64,000 nucleotides of DNA from positions 107,694,001 through 107,758,000 of the forward strand of contig OZ024745.1 of NCBI GenBank assembly GCA_964016885.1. The letters run 5' to 3'. Source of the DNA: Eledone cirrhosa (taxonomy: Eukaryota). Shown one piece after another: positions 38,569-53,415 of the stretch (positions are counted from its first letter, which is position 1; every line of letters starts with the position of its first letter). The position numbers and the translations under genes are program-made. A model generated the notes under the pieces. That model was not told the DNA's origin. It did no database searches and saw only the letters and a program-made list of their open reading frames with translations.

Positions 38569-39881
38569 ATAATTTTGTAAGTGTTTGTAAGAAATAAAGA
38601 GAGGGGAATTACATATAGTTGGAGTAGCAAAACAGATTTATATGCTTATACAGAAAGGATAACGAGACTTTCTGACATATATACCTTTCCTAATACGTTG
38701 TGAAAGTAAATGAAATATTTACTGTAAACTTAATTCTCCACACAGAAAATGTGTAGAAGTACAAATGTGAGAGAAAAAAAAACGAATAGAAGCTAACATG
38801 AAATAAATAAAGATGGTTGGAAATGATGAAGGAATGTATGAATAAATGTAAAAACGAATGGGCAAAAATATCAAAAAATAAAAACATTTTAAATGTAGAA
38901 AAATACTTCATAATAGGGAGTCAAGAAATTTTTCTTTTAAAAACTACGAGAAAGAATGTTAAAAAGAGAAAAGAGGGAAAACTGACAAAGAACAAACAAA
39001 CTGATGGAAACACTAACAATAATGAGCAGACATGGTAGGATTATGCTTTGGAAGACAAGATGTCGTAAATGGAGTCTGAATTCTTGGTCTCATGAAACAC
39101 TTCTACAACGCTTGTACATTAGCATGTATTTCTGGTCACGCTTCTAAGTTGAATCATAGAAACATGGGAGACAGTCATTTCCCCTTAGCCATTTATAAAG
39201 ACAGTTGGTAGCATCTTCTTCAAATGCAGCAGCAACAACAACGACAACAATAACTACAACAATGACGATTACAACAAAATACAACAGAAGTAATAACAGA
39301 ATCTAAGACAAATATCGAAAACAAATATTATCCGCAGTTAAAATAACAGAAGCAACTAAAGAACTTTGTTCTATGCCGGTGTTTTTGCTAGTCAAATTTC
39401 TTGAGGCTAATGCATGACATTAAAAGAAAAAAATGGGCGAACGTCGTCAAAGAAGAAGTTCTCGATAAAATGAGTTTATGATCAGGTTTCAATATCTTTT
39501 ATTTCCACATTTACTCAATTTTGAAATGTATGAATGTCAAGAGATCACTATTGCGTTTTTATTCCCTAAAACATTTAACTTTTGCGATAGATCAAAAGCT
39601 GGTAAACGGAATCGATATGTCATATTTTGCAAGATATTACACATGAGTATTATATATTAAAATTATTCTCATATGTAAATGCTTTATATAGTTGAGCGTG
39701 AGGATTACAGTAGGATTCAATAACCCAGCATTCAATTAATTTAATAGAAAATTTATTTTCACTCTCGAATAAGTTTTATTTCTCATTTGGTGAATGTATT
39801 CAAGTATGTACATCAATATTTGTGATGTGTGTTGATTTCCGATCTCGTCAAGTTGGGAGTCAAAATAGTGGGACTACTTAC

Positions 39882-39931
39882 CTTAAATATGTATTTCTAC
39901 ACATGAAGGACCCGAGCTTACATGAAGCCCT
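39882..39931 (-). other. Candidate 50-nt internal exon (unverified)
   Basis: ttgatttgatctaccttgtag|AGGGCT...TTAAG|gtaagt; frame 0 is open: RASCKLGSFMCRNTYL. Confidence 0.2.
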
Positions 39932-40972
39932 CTACAAGGTAGATCAAATCAATAGAATTTGAATGGTCATCGACAGAACTCGCATGATCATTAGTAGGTA
40001 TATCTCTATTACGTTTATCCTGTGAGTATATAACAACATTCAACGACATTTTATGATCACTAACAGCCAATGCATTAGTAAACCTATCATAAAGGACCCC
40101 ATTGTCAAGTAAACTAATGTAACTACAGATAAAATCTCGAACTTTAATGTAACTATAGTATATTGTATACGAACAAAGAAATAAACTAAGTAGATTATCT
40201 ACAAAAATATACGAAGACACAAATTGTATACTAAAGCTACCTGCATTCTACTAACTGAACAATATGTAGTCGTCTTTATTCGTATATTCTAGTAACTACA
40301 GCAGCAGCCGCCCCACCTAATCCAACAATTTCCATGTGTTGCTATAGTTGACACTTGAGCACACAAACTGACATTAATAGTAGGTCTTAGTTAAAACTAT
40401 TACCCAACATACTTTCAGCTCACAAAAGGTTTTGAGACTTTATAAATAACCGCAAAAAGAAAAGAGAACACCAAAGTAGAAGAAAAATTAAATGAAATAA
40501 AGAAAGAAATGTATAAAGCAAAAGCAAATCCAAGCAATAGTAAAAATTCTCTGACAAATTAGTTCTACCAATATCATTTTCGCAACTGTAAGCATAGTTT
40601 CCTTTGTTTATATACAAAGTGCATCTGGACAATTTTGTTATTCCTTCACGAGATATGTGTATATGTGAGGTTAGTGTGTGTGTATGTGTGAATCTTTCTT
40701 TGTGTGGGTGGGTACACGTGCATGTATGTGTCAATTACCTCGCCTATATCTATCTTATTACACAATGTACTGCTATAAGAAGACTCCGAAGTTGGCAAGG
40801 CATTAGATTCCAAATCCTACAGTCGACAGTATGTCTCGATATATTTGAGTGTGAATTTGTATGGCTGTGTACGTGTATACATATGCTGTATATGTGTAAT
40901 ATTTTTATCATTTTCAACATCATCAACACCACCATCATCATCCGTATTATTATCAGCACCAGCAGCAACAGC

Positions 40973-41018
<46 letters not shown>

Positions 41019-41021
41019 TTG

Positions 41022-41235
41022 AGGGTGGTAGATAGACAGAATTGATAAATAGTTGGAATATCCTTTGCGGTATTTTTCCGATTCTTTACGATCTGAATTC
41101 AAATCCCGCCGAGGTTAGTTTTGCCTTTCATTCTTTCGGAATCGATATAAAATGTAGCAGTAACTCACTGGAGTCGATTTAATCGATTTCCCTTCCCCAA
41201 ACATTGTTGGCCTTGTGCCTAAAGTAAAAACCAAT
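41022..41235 (+). mobile_element. Diverged long-form SINE
   Basis: Family motifs. Confidence 0.75.
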
Positions 41236-41925
41236 ATTAGAAGAAGAAGAAGAAGAAGAAGAAGAAGAAGAAGAAGAAGAACTGCATGACAATATACTAC
41301 ATCGAAACCTGATTATTCAGCGGGATTTAGTGAAATTGCCGAATATCAGATAAGAAATGAACATTAGAACATTTTTGTATGTATATTTTCACGCTACTTC
41401 TCTTCTTCAATCGCTTGAATAGTCTCTGACGGGAAACTCAGATATATGATTAGTTTCTGATGAAATGTTAGCAATATCCTTGCGTGTGTTTTCCTAGTTT
41501 TTTTACACACAGGTATTCACCAGTCCATAAATTGACTCTTAATTTGTTGTGTGCTGTTCACATACGGAATTACAAAAGCCAAAATTTAAACAGCAGCCTC
41601 TGAAAAATTCCCGCAAATATTTCACAATGTCGTAGAAAAATTAATAACTTAGGCGTCTAAATGAGAAAAATGAAGGTCGAATCAAGAGGATGAAATGGAA
41701 GACATATATATTCGAGAAGAGAAACACGTATACCGACAAGGAAAGACGTTCACCTTCAGGTATCGTAAGAGCCAGGGTCTCACAGACCAGGTGGAACACG
41801 TTTCGTTTTAACTTTTTACTAAGACACTATCCAAAGTTTTAACAAACTTTAAAACCTCCAAACGCATCCATTTTTCCTCAGACATAAAACTGACAGCTGC
41901 ACATACAATGGACACGTTTCTAATA

Positions 41926-42080
41926 ATTGTTTTTACTTTTTGGCACAAGGCCAGCAATTATTTCAGTGTATTACTGGTACTTTATTTTATCGACCCCGCA
42001 GGGATTTGAACTCAGAATGGCAAGGGCCGTAACTCTATGCGTCAAAGCATGGCGTCCGACCCTCTACCGATACTGCCAAA
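41926..42080 (-). mobile_element. SINE with an internal deletion
   Basis: Family motifs. Confidence 0.85.
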
Positions 42081-42408
42081 TAATATAACACATGCAAGAA
42101 ACATCTAGCACTTAACAAGCTATTAATTTAGAAGCAAAAGAAAGAGTAACCTGCCTAAATACAGATCATATAGATTAGAATCCGTAGGGCTACGTTAATC
42201 ATACATTACTTTTATAGCTCATAAACATAACTTTCTTACCAGCAACGTTAAATTAATCCAGTAAAAAAGAAAAAAAAAACGGGTAAAAAAAATAATTTTA
42301 CCTTCTATCATTTCCAGTATTAAATATGGAATAACACTTTGTCAGTTGTCAAGCGGTTAAAAAGAGTATTGTGCACGCTATGAAATCTTGTCTATATTAC
42401 TATTACTT

Positions 42409-42515
42409 ATTAATCCCGCCGAGGGTAACTTTGCCTTTCATCCTTACGGGGTCGATAAAATAAAGTGCCAGTAATGCACTGGGTAATTGCTGGCCTTGTG
42501 CCAAAAGTAGAAACA
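42409..42515 (+). mobile_element. 5'-truncated young SINE
   Basis: TSD ATTACTATTACTT (42396-42408 / 42516-42528). Confidence 0.88.
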
Positions 42516-42699
42516 ATTACTATTACTTTTTGTTATGAATGTAGATACCATGCATTCTTTGATATACGTTGGGGCATACATATTTGAGTTAATAGGATTG
42601 TACATCATAGGTATTGACAGTGATGGTGGAAGGCTCATTTTTGAATAAGGAATGACCACACAATGAATGCTCTTAGGAAGGATTTCGACAGATTCAAAA

Positions 42700-43088
42700 A
42701 ATCTAGTAGTGCATCGGTTAAAATGTTATTGTAGTATTTGTTCTGGCTATTTACATTTTGAGTTCAAATCCCACCGAGGTCAACTTTGCTTTGCATCATT
42801 CTGTGGTTGATAAAATAAAATAGCAGTAAATTTCTGGGTTCAATATAATTGACATTCCCTCATCAGAATTGCTGGCCATGTGCCTAAATTAGATATGATA
42901 ATCAGGGGGAATAATGGTAGTGGCATCGGTAGAGCATCGGACAGCATGCTTTTCGGCGTACAATTACGTCCCTTTGCGTTCTCAGTTCAAATCCGACCGA
43001 GATTCTCTTTGACTTTCACCCTTATAGGGCCGATAGAATAAAGAACCTCCACCCAAATTGTTGGCCTTTTTGCCTATATAAGAAACCC
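42700..43088 (+). mobile_element. Two diverged SINEs
   Basis: B boxes at ~42760 and ~42984; 3' GGCC..TGCCTA ends. Confidence 0.7.
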
Positions 43089-43304
43089 GTGTTAGGTGGC
43101 ATAACTAGCAACAAATCCGGAGCATCAAGCAATACGAGTCATTTTCACAGTTCAATTTCTGCATTTTAAATTTGGTCTTTCATCTACCAGTTGTTAGAGG
43201 TAAAGTTTTAAAAAATAATTGTTTCCAATTCAGACAAAATGCCAGCCATTTTAGACGGGTGTCGAATATCGATTAAATCGACCACAGCGCACAAATAATA
43301 GTTT

Positions 43305-43590
43305 ACTTAATTTTTTTTTTTTTTTTGTTATTTAAATATAGATGTTTATTTTTTAAATAAAATTTAGTAATAAAAATAAGAAAAGGGAAACAAAAGGAAA
43401 GAAAGAATAGGGAAATATAGAAAAAAAAGAGAGAAAGAAACATGAAAAAGAACGGAAAGATAAGGGGTTGACTAATGGTCTTGCGTCGCAAAAGAAAGAG
43501 TAGGGTGATTGGGCCTTGGGCATAGGGTCAAGACGGCAAAAGCATTTCCCCCGGGCGACGGCCAGTGACACCCGCTGCAATAGCCACCCA
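43305..43590 (-). mobile_element. CRE-like 3' fragment with an A-rich tail
   Basis: WLLQRVSLAVARG(N) C-terminal motif followed by a T-rich UTR and poly(A). Confidence 0.55.
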
Positions 43591-43616
43591 GTTTATTTTA
43601 TTGAACGAGAAATAAT

Positions 43617-43806
43617 TGTTTCTACTTTTGGCACAAGACCAGCAAGTATCTCAGTGTATTACTGGTACTTTATTTTATCGACCCCGTAAGGATGAAAGGC
43701 AAAGTTAACCTCGGCAGTATTTGAACTCAGACCATAAAGGGACATAACTCTTTGCTGCTAAGCATGGCGTCCGACCCTCTACCAATACTGCCAATCCACC
43801 GCCCTC
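43617..43806 (-). mobile_element. Young full-length SINE
   Basis: TSD TTGAACGAGAAATAAT (43601-43616 / 43807-43822), which reads ATTATTTC.. in element orientation. Confidence 0.93.
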
Positions 43807-45711
43807 TTGAACGAGAAATAATGGATACAAACTTGACTTCAGTGATATTTGAACGTAAAGGTCTATAACTAAATGCTGTAAGACATTTTGGTCGTTACTG
43901 TAATACTTCGCCCAATCCACCACCCTTGGTGTTTTACAAAATAATACACAAAACCAGTCCATTACTTTAATCTTCTATGGCTCTCACCACAAATGAGTGG
44001 CTGTGTGCTATTATCAGTATTATCTATTTATTTTCCTGGGCTCTTTTTGACTATTCTATTGTTAGTTTTTACTTTCGTTTATTCTCTTAACTTATAGACT
44101 ATTCTTTCTATTATTCAGTATTTATTAAAAAGTTGACGACAATAGGATATGTGTAAAAGGAAAAAAATATACGCATAAAACTTTTTCATAGCAAATGTTC
44201 CCATCTTCAATTTTCTTCTATATTTATTTTTTCATATTATCTACTATTGTTTTTGTTTATTTATCTTCTTATTGTTTTTAAATGTTTTTGTTCGTTGACT
44301 TCATTATGAGTGCGTGTATGTGTGTTGTGTATATATGTTGGTGTGTACGAGTTTCTGCGTTGTTTAGTGTGTGTAGGGGGGGGGGTATATATATGTGTGT
44401 GTGTGTGTATGTGTGTTTGTGTGTGTATGTGTGTGTTTGCTGCAATAAAATAGTTACTTGGCTTCACTGATATTTTGTTGCTGCTCTGTTTGTAAATTAA
44501 AGTATGATGCAACGTAATATTACACCACCACTGTTATTAACACCATCATCAGTATCATCATCATCATTATCATCATAGTTGTCATAATCCTAGCCACCAT
44601 CATCATCATTATAATCATCATTGACGATACCTAGTAACTGATAGATAACGCCCTTTGAAATACGTTTCACATGTCAACTATGCTTTTTAAAATAGGTTGG
44701 AAATGTCGGTTTATGACTTTGAACAATAAACTTGAGCGACGTCAAGATAATTAAACTAGTGCTGTAGTAAGGGAATAGAATTTAAGCACTTCCGGTGGTT
44801 CATTAGAGTCACCGATTTTTCGTGTTTTGTTAACATTCTGTTAAATGTTTGAGTTGGTCCCTTCATAACAGTTTTCAAAGTAGGCTGGTGAGTGGGGATA
44901 GAGGATGTTGAACAATAAATACCTTTTTCCATTGTTTAGTTCTATATCTGCGTTTAATGAATAGACACAGGATAAAAGGCATTCCAGCAATCATTTTTTC
45001 CAGACTACATTATGCTGTGTCCTTCCATTTTTAAAGTAATAATGTATACTTTAAAGTGAGATTAGACTGCCATTTGTAGCAGATCCAGTGACCACGTATG
45101 GGGTGGGGTATCTTGTTGTTTGAAGTTATAATAGATTAGCTTAAGCTATTGCTGCAGTTACGCACCCACTTTCAATGCTGTAATAATATACTATTACATA
45201 AGTTCCAGTATACAGTAAGGTCGGTAAAATTGAGATGCACTTTTTTCACTTGTCTAATTCTAGATCGGTCTCTATTGAAAAAATATTTGATCAAAGTTAG
45301 TCATGTAATAATCATGCTATCTTTCTTTTTCTTCTTCTCAGGAATAACGCATCCCTGGCTACAAAATGAGTAGTTTAATATAGTTTAATTCAGCCATTGC
45401 TGAAATAAGTTCATATATGATGGAATATAAAACAATTTTAAAAAGGAGTTTATTGAAAGGATATTGTGGGTATTAACTGTGTCAGTGAAATGAATTAATA
45501 TCACTGAAGCATCGAAACTAGATCGAGAACTATACTCACCATCAATACGAACTATTAGGGATTTTTATTGTTATTAATTTGTTAAATTTCATCTGTTATC
45601 TTTTCTTACACGTTTCATGTAAATTCCCACTGTCCATTTTGGTATTGTTATTTATGTTTCGGCCCTTGTGGCCAATATAGAAATGATAATTATTATTATT
45701 ACTATTGCATT

Positions 45712-45897
45712 AGGGCGGTAGATTGGCAGTATCGGTAGAGGGTCGGACGCCATGCTTTCCAGCATAGTTACGTCCCTTTACGATCTGAGTTCAAATCCCG
45801 CCGAGGTTGACTTTGCCTTTCATCCTTACGGGGTCGATAAAATAAAGTACCAGTAATGCACTGGGTAATTGCTGGCCTTGTGCCTAAAGTAGAAACA
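45712..45897 (+). mobile_element. Young full-length SINE inserted in the (TTA)n tail of a Tx1-like 3' remnant (~45650-45691)
   Basis: TSD ATTATTATTACTATTGCATT (45692-45711 / 45898-45917); upstream GGCCCTTGTGGCCAATATAGAAATGATAATT. Confidence 0.9.
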
Positions 45898-46867
45898 ATT
45901 ATTATTACTATTGCATTTTACCATGCCAAGACGTGCTTTACAACGATCTCGTTCCTGTCATTTGTGTTTATTTTCAAAATTGGAGTAATTTTTATGGATG
46001 CAGACGGTAGAGTATCCATTTGCAGAACGATTTCTTGATTATGTCACCTGAAATTCATTTTTAAAACCATGAGGAATTTTTTTATTAACATTTTTATACT
46101 CAACTTGGATGACAGAAAAAGATATTTATGAACACTTTTTTGTTCGCTGACATTGAACGCAAAATTTTGGAGGGAAACGCCTCTTCAAACAAAAGTCTTC
46201 ACAGCAGCAGTGAAAACACACAAAAGGAAAGAAAAGAAGATATATGAACACAGATATTGTAACACATGCTACAGACATTTTAAAAAGAAAGCAAATTTAT
46301 GAGGTTTTGAAGCGAATAACAAGCAAATGTGACGACTAGTTAGCAATAATAACAACGACAACAACAATATGTGGCTTAGTAAATGTTTTGTCTAATAAGA
46401 AAATTCTAGATATAAACATGTATAGTAGGGGTGTCTTGCATAGAACTCTCTCGTTGGACACGGCATGTGTCCAAGAACGAGCAACGAGAATTTATGTGAT
46501 ATGTGTAGTTCTGGTCAAATAATCTACTTTTCTCAGTTTTAGTTAATTTACCTCTATTGATAGTATCATTTGTAAATTCTTCTGTTTCTTTCTTCTTCTT
46601 CTTTTCTTCTTCTTCTTCTTTTTGATTACTTGTAAACAGTTAACTCTATTGATCACCAATTGTTCATCGATTATGAACTAAAACATGATAAATATATAAC
46701 CCAAATAAAAAGAAATAATGATTTATCATATAAGTAAATTTTAAAGGTTATCGATAAAAGTTCGTTGAGATTATTGAACCAATTATTTCAGTCCCTGAAA
46801 AATAAAAATATACGTCTGGAAATATATTTCTTTTGTCGAACATTTTTAGTAATTTTTTTTTTTTTAG

Positions 46868-46898
<31 letters not shown>

Positions 46899-47389
46899 TA
46901 TAATTAATTGGTCTAACGGAACAAAGTCGAATTTTGTTGAACTTTTCATGAGATAAAATGTAATCTTAACGAAGATTGGTTACAAAACTGAAGATACTTC
47001 ATTATTTTAGTTATTTGTTAATTTATATTTATTTTATTTGCTAACAAACCCCGTAAAGAAATATATTTTCTCCATTGTCTTACTAAATAAGTTTTTACTA
47101 TTCTTAAATTGCTAGAAAATTCGTCAAAAAGATAAAATAAAAATAATTTATTTCGAAATAAAATAAACAGAAAAAAATTAATTTCCGCTGACACGAGTGA
47201 AAGATACTTTTAATGAATTCCCATGAGACTTAGGTAAATCATACGTTATATATATTTTTTTTATTGCTTTATAAGTTTAATGTTTTATTTTTGTTGATAT
47301 TGATTTCTTAGACGAGTGTTTCATTTAAATATTTCATTTTTGAGACGTTAAATTTGATTCAGAAATGTTGTTACTAGCAATGCTACAGA

Positions 47390-48350
47390 GGCAGCCTTAA
47401 CGTGGTAGCTCGATCTGCTAAAACAAGAACCCCCCCTTAATGCAGAGCTTCACGATCTTCAATAACGAAGAATTTATTGTATACCATTAATCGCCCCAAT
47501 GTTGGCCATGGTTCACTTCGGGTGTGTACATAATGGGATTCCAATTCCTTTCAGGGCCATTGCTATGCTACTGTGATACTTGAACTCAGAATACAAAGGG
47601 AAATAATAAATGTCATTAGGCAACTTGCTTGGTAGTATAAAGATAACACCAGACTGCCGTCATAGACTGATATTTTATTTATTAACCCTGAAAAGATGAA
47701 AGCTACAGTTGACTGCGGTGGTATTTGAATTTTGAACCCATATAGCCAGATCAAAGACCTCAAGGCATTCTGTCCGGCGCTTTAATGGTTCTGTTGTCAA
47801 TTTGCAACCTGGCAGGACTTTATATCCCCAAATAGAGGTGAGAGTCATGGCTGGAAAGCTTTTGATCATAGGTTTGCTCAATTAAAGTTTGACCTATGAG
47901 GAACAGTAACAAGAACCAACTACTCCTCAATCAGTGCAAAAATATAGAAATAAAATAATTATCTTAGAACAAACAGTATGACATATAATTAAGATGGCAT
48001 AACTATAGCTAGAAACAGTAACCATACGTTTCTGTTGCTTAAATCATTCCACATGGTATACCTCCTCAATCAGGTTAATTTATTAGGTTAATTCACTATT
48101 CCATCACTTGGTCTGCTAGAAATAGCAACTAAATACTCCATAAATCTCATCGTATCCTCCTTACAAAGTGTTACCCTTTTAAATGTAACCCTTAGAAAAC
48201 GTTTTCTCGGAAATGATCGTGACCGCCTCTCGACCGGACGGGGCACCGGGACGATGGAATCCCGGGGCCGCAATGAACACAGTTGGAATGCTTTCAGTCA
48301 TACGTCTGCTCAGTTAGAGTTGATCGGAGGGCTAAACAACAACAGCAGCC
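47390..48350. repeat. Cluster of old interspersed repeats (CTGCTAGAAATAGCA..GGAATGCTTT..TCATAGGT..CTAAACAACAAC family plus a diverged SINE); related pieces at ~29700-29910 and ~45060-45120
   Basis: Recurring motifs at ~47400, 47850, 48110 and 48285. Confidence 0.55.
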
Positions 48351-49896
48351 TATTCCAATATAGGATAGCAAAATATATAGCTTCATCTATTACACGTAAT
48401 ATTGTTTCATCCAAGATGAGATAACCGTGTTACATCGATGATTATAGTTGGTAAGCGTGAACTTCTGGATGTTGATATATAAGAATTAGATATAAAACAT
48501 CTGGTGAAGACGAAGGACTGAACTAAATGGTTAGTGAGAGGTTTGTGGTGAGATGCAGAGGTGTTGAGACGAAGACAGGCTTAGGTGGAAAGGCTTACTG
48601 GTTTAGAAGAACAATGGAATACCCCTCTCTGTGTAGCGGTGCTAAAAATAATTGAAGGGCACAACCTGACAATATATTGTGCTAATGGCTCCAGTGTATT
48701 AGTGAAGGAAATACTCCGACAAAACAGTTGGCCTTTTTCTTCACTAGACTTCGTCTCACCGAACTTTCGGGCAAATTAGCTTATCATTCACTGCAATGAT
48801 TGTTTCTGAAAGAATATTATTTTCCCGTTAAAATACAAAATCCATGAACACAGCGCCTTGTTCCTAAACGAAACCATAAAAATCAGCCATAGTATAATGC
48901 TTATATTTCCATATGTATGTATGTATGGTCTCGTAACTCATGATAGAGTCACAAGGGCGCCGTATTAACATACGGCGTTTCTTGGGCATTTTAAGTCTGG
49001 CGGAGCCCACCCCTCTCCAGGCCCGAGTACAGCAGATTTCTTCCAGAGAAAGATAGAAAGTAAGTGAGAAGAAATGCAAAAATATATACAGAAGGAATCG
49101 ACGCCTGTGTTCGATTGAAAATTTTTTTATCGACATCGAAAGGATGAAAGGCCGATTTGAACTCAAAGAGCAAAGAGCCGGAATGAATACCATAAAGCAA
49201 TCTATCCGACGTTCTAATATAGGTTATCAACGAATAAACCGCCGTTATATCCCCGACACTGTCGTGCAACCTAATAGAAATAGCTGGCAAAACTCTCTCA
49301 GACTATATATTGTCGTGTTGTTAAAAAATAACAATAGATATCGTAATACTAGAATCTACGTCGGTCCCGATGGTGAAGATTTAATTGTTCAACCAAATAA
49401 AAGTCTACTGGTAAAATTAATGTGTAAATGGCTAAGTGTTTCACAGCGGGTGTAACATTAATATAATTCTTAAGACGAATAAAGGTAACACAATTTCTAC
49501 GAAGCTAGAGCTTTCAATTATAAGTACAATCTCGACAAAGTGAGGGAGAGAAAAGTGAGGGTGAAATAGAGGGGTGGGAAAGAATGAGTGAAAGAGAGTG
49601 GGAGAAAGAGAGATAGAGAAGTCAATCTAGGTACAGGAATGTTGCTTTCATTATAGATGCTAAAAGGAATAATGCTCTAACAATTCCCCCACCTTAATTC
49701 TAGACACACCCTTTCATTGAATCTGTATGATGGCTACAACCAGACCAACTTTCATCAACGGTGAACTCAATCAGAACTGATATAAGACTTTTGTACAACA
49801 TTTGTATGTCTTACATACGAACAATTGCATACACCGCACACATTCATACACGTACACAAACACGTGTGTGTGTGTATGTGTGTGTGTGCGTGTGTA

Positions 49897-49924
<28 letters not shown>

Positions 49925-49931
<7 letters not shown>

Positions 49932-52026
49932 CTTGGGGAGGGTCATATTTGCGTAATATTGCCAGAATTAATAACAGAACACACTCACTGTTTGGTTGGT
50001 TTTCGCTTCTCGCTGTCTTTTATATCTGCGATCTAACTCACTCGGTCCTCAATGTTGCCATTGACTGACCGGCGGTCAAAAATAATACAGATACAATATA
50101 GACACAAACACATATATATATATATATAGTTTACATAATTTACATAAATCTTTCGTTGCACATTTGCAACATCGTCAGTGGTGTTATATTCATTGTTCCT
50201 CCTGTTGTGTTGTATGTCTACGCCATTTTTTATTTAGTCTGTCTATATATCTATTTATTTATTTGCTTGTTTGTTTATCTTATTTTATTTTGTCTTCTTT
50301 GCGCATGCGTTTGCGTGTGTGTATAGTGTTATGTGTGATGTGTGACTAGTGTGTATAGTGTTGTGTCTGCTGGGTGACTAGTGTGTGTTTATGTGCTTGT
50401 TGTTATTGTGCTTGTGTATGTATTTATTTATCTTATTTTATTTAATTTTATTTACTTATTTATACTTCTCTTAGGTCAGTGTTGTTTGTTTGGGTGTTGT
50501 TGTTGTTCCACTCATTCTTTCTGTTTAGCTTTGGTCTTCTAATTTCTATTTCACTGGCCTCTCTGATTTGCCTATCTGCTGGGTCATTCCTATGTTTAGA
50601 TATTATTCTAATTTCTATGTTGTCTATGTTACCGTCATGTTGTTGTCTAGCATGTTCGTATAGTACTGACCCGTTTTTTCGTCCTTTTAGTTCCCCCCAG
50701 TGTTGGTCTATCCTTTCACCTATGCTACGAGCTGTCTCACCTATGTATGTTGTTGTCATGTTTCTGCAAGTACCCTCTGTACATCTTATGCTATAGACTA
50801 CGTTTCTAGTTTTACAGTTTATCCGGGGGTTCACCTTACATATGATACACTTCCTATTGGTACAGTGGGTTTTCTTAAAAGGGTAGGTTTTGCTGATCAG
50901 GGATTTTATGGTGGTTCCTGGCTTTTCTACCACCTTTATTTTTAAGTGGGTCTTTCTCAGGGCCTTTCTACACTGGTTAGCTAATTTCCCTCCAGGGGTT
51001 GCGTCCACAAACATGACACTCTGATATCTCTGGTTGTCGTACCATGATGTGGCCTTCCCTATCTTATGTCTAGCCCTATCTAAGCTATTCCATGATTTGC
51101 TCCTGTATAGTGGGCAAATTCCTTTCATGTCCAGTTCTATGAGGGTCTTATACTTTTCCATGGCTCCTTCGTATACTCTGACTCTGTCTCTTTGGTTGTA
51201 GCCAGAGAACTGCATGCGGTTGATGAAGTGTTGGATGTGTCCTTCCATTTCTGTTGGGTCGCACATGCTGGACACATTCTTCATCACTCGTACCAAATCT
51301 GCGATCAGAATATTAAACTTAGCACTACTGGACATTGCTGAGTTTTTGAGTATCAGGTATTTGGAGGCCATGGGTTTAGCATAGTGTGAGTGGAGAATTT
51401 GGGCTCTCTCGTCTATAGTGTTAATCCAGAGTTCTGTGTCTAATACAGTTAGTCTATTGTTAGGGTGTTTGGAAGGGAAGTCTATAGTTACAGTTATACT
51501 CTGGTGTATGGAATTAGCTATCTGCTGGATGCTTTCCATCGTGCTACGTTCTAAATCAAACTTGTTAGTGCTCTCTAGTGGGGGTGTTCTTATAACTATA
51601 TTAATATCGTCTACATAACGAGAGTACATGATGAGGTCTATGGAGCTTTCATTAAGGAGATCTTTAAGTCTCCTTTCCCACCATACCATGAAAAGGTTGG
51701 CAACATCACCAGCTATGCTGACGCCGATGGCTGCTCCCTCATTTTGGGTGTAGATTTTCTCATTGAACTTAAATATGTGGCCCTTTAGGGTAGTTTTGAT
51801 ACTAGCCCCTATTGCATGTGCGACCATTTTTCTTACCTGATCAGTGTTTTGGGGGGTCCGTATGGCTTTGGTCCACCCAATCCACCTTCCTATGGGAGTC
51901 TTTTTAGCCATTGAGGTTATGGTGGGGGGTCTACCTCTTATAGGTCTACTAGGGCAGAAACATCTAAGGTCATGGCTGTCTAGGTAGTCAGTGTCGTAGG
52001 TAAGTCTAAGTAGGAGGCCCAGTTCG
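49925..52026 (-). mobile_element. 5'-truncated Penelope-like element (RT + GIY-YIG + pLTR) in (TA)n
   Basis: ORF 50460-52043(-): [71 protein letters not shown]; pLTR with an HHR-like motif at ~50146-50182. Confidence 0.93.
50460..52026 (-). CDS. PLE reverse transcriptase + GIY-YIG endonuclease (partial, uninterrupted ~520 aa)
   Basis: Open frame with RT motifs including YVDD, and GIY-YIG. Confidence 0.88.
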
Positions 52027-52039
52027 TGTATATATATAG

Positions 52040-52955
<916 letters not shown>

Positions 52956-53384
52956 GTAACCACTTCTACCTATCTCGTCCCATACTGGATTCCTGTTGAT
53001 AAGCACAGAAGATTTGGATATTTCACTCTTTTATTTCTATTCCATTTCGATTCTCTTTATTTTTCAATTCACATTCCACCGTTGCGAAACTTATTTAGGT
53101 TTCGAGGTTCAAATTCGTCTACAAAACAGGTTTGAATTTTAAAATTTAAATCTGTCCAGGAATCATGGCCGTTGCCAATATAAGCTTGTCTTTATTGACT
53201 TATATCGAGACAGACAAATTGTATTCACTTTAATTAGTTTATTTCATTAATAGCTAACTTTGTCTGTTGCAATATAAACACATTTCGTGTTTATCATATA
53301 TTTTAAATGTATTTAACTGCTCGGAGGAGCCCCTTCCTGGAGCTTAATTATTGTAAACGACTGAGAGTTTATTCTCAAAATATA

Positions 53385-53413
<29 letters not shown>

Positions 53414-53415
<2 letters not shown>

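Noticed and set aside
45712-45805. tRNA gene (A and B boxes present)
   Set aside because: SINE head: long A-B spacing, no acceptor stem, continues into the SINE body with a TSD
50479-51618. Plus-strand ORFs overlapping the PLE (also 2330, 9019, 9397, 52561, 53842)
   Set aside because: Antisense shadows of retroelement coding frames
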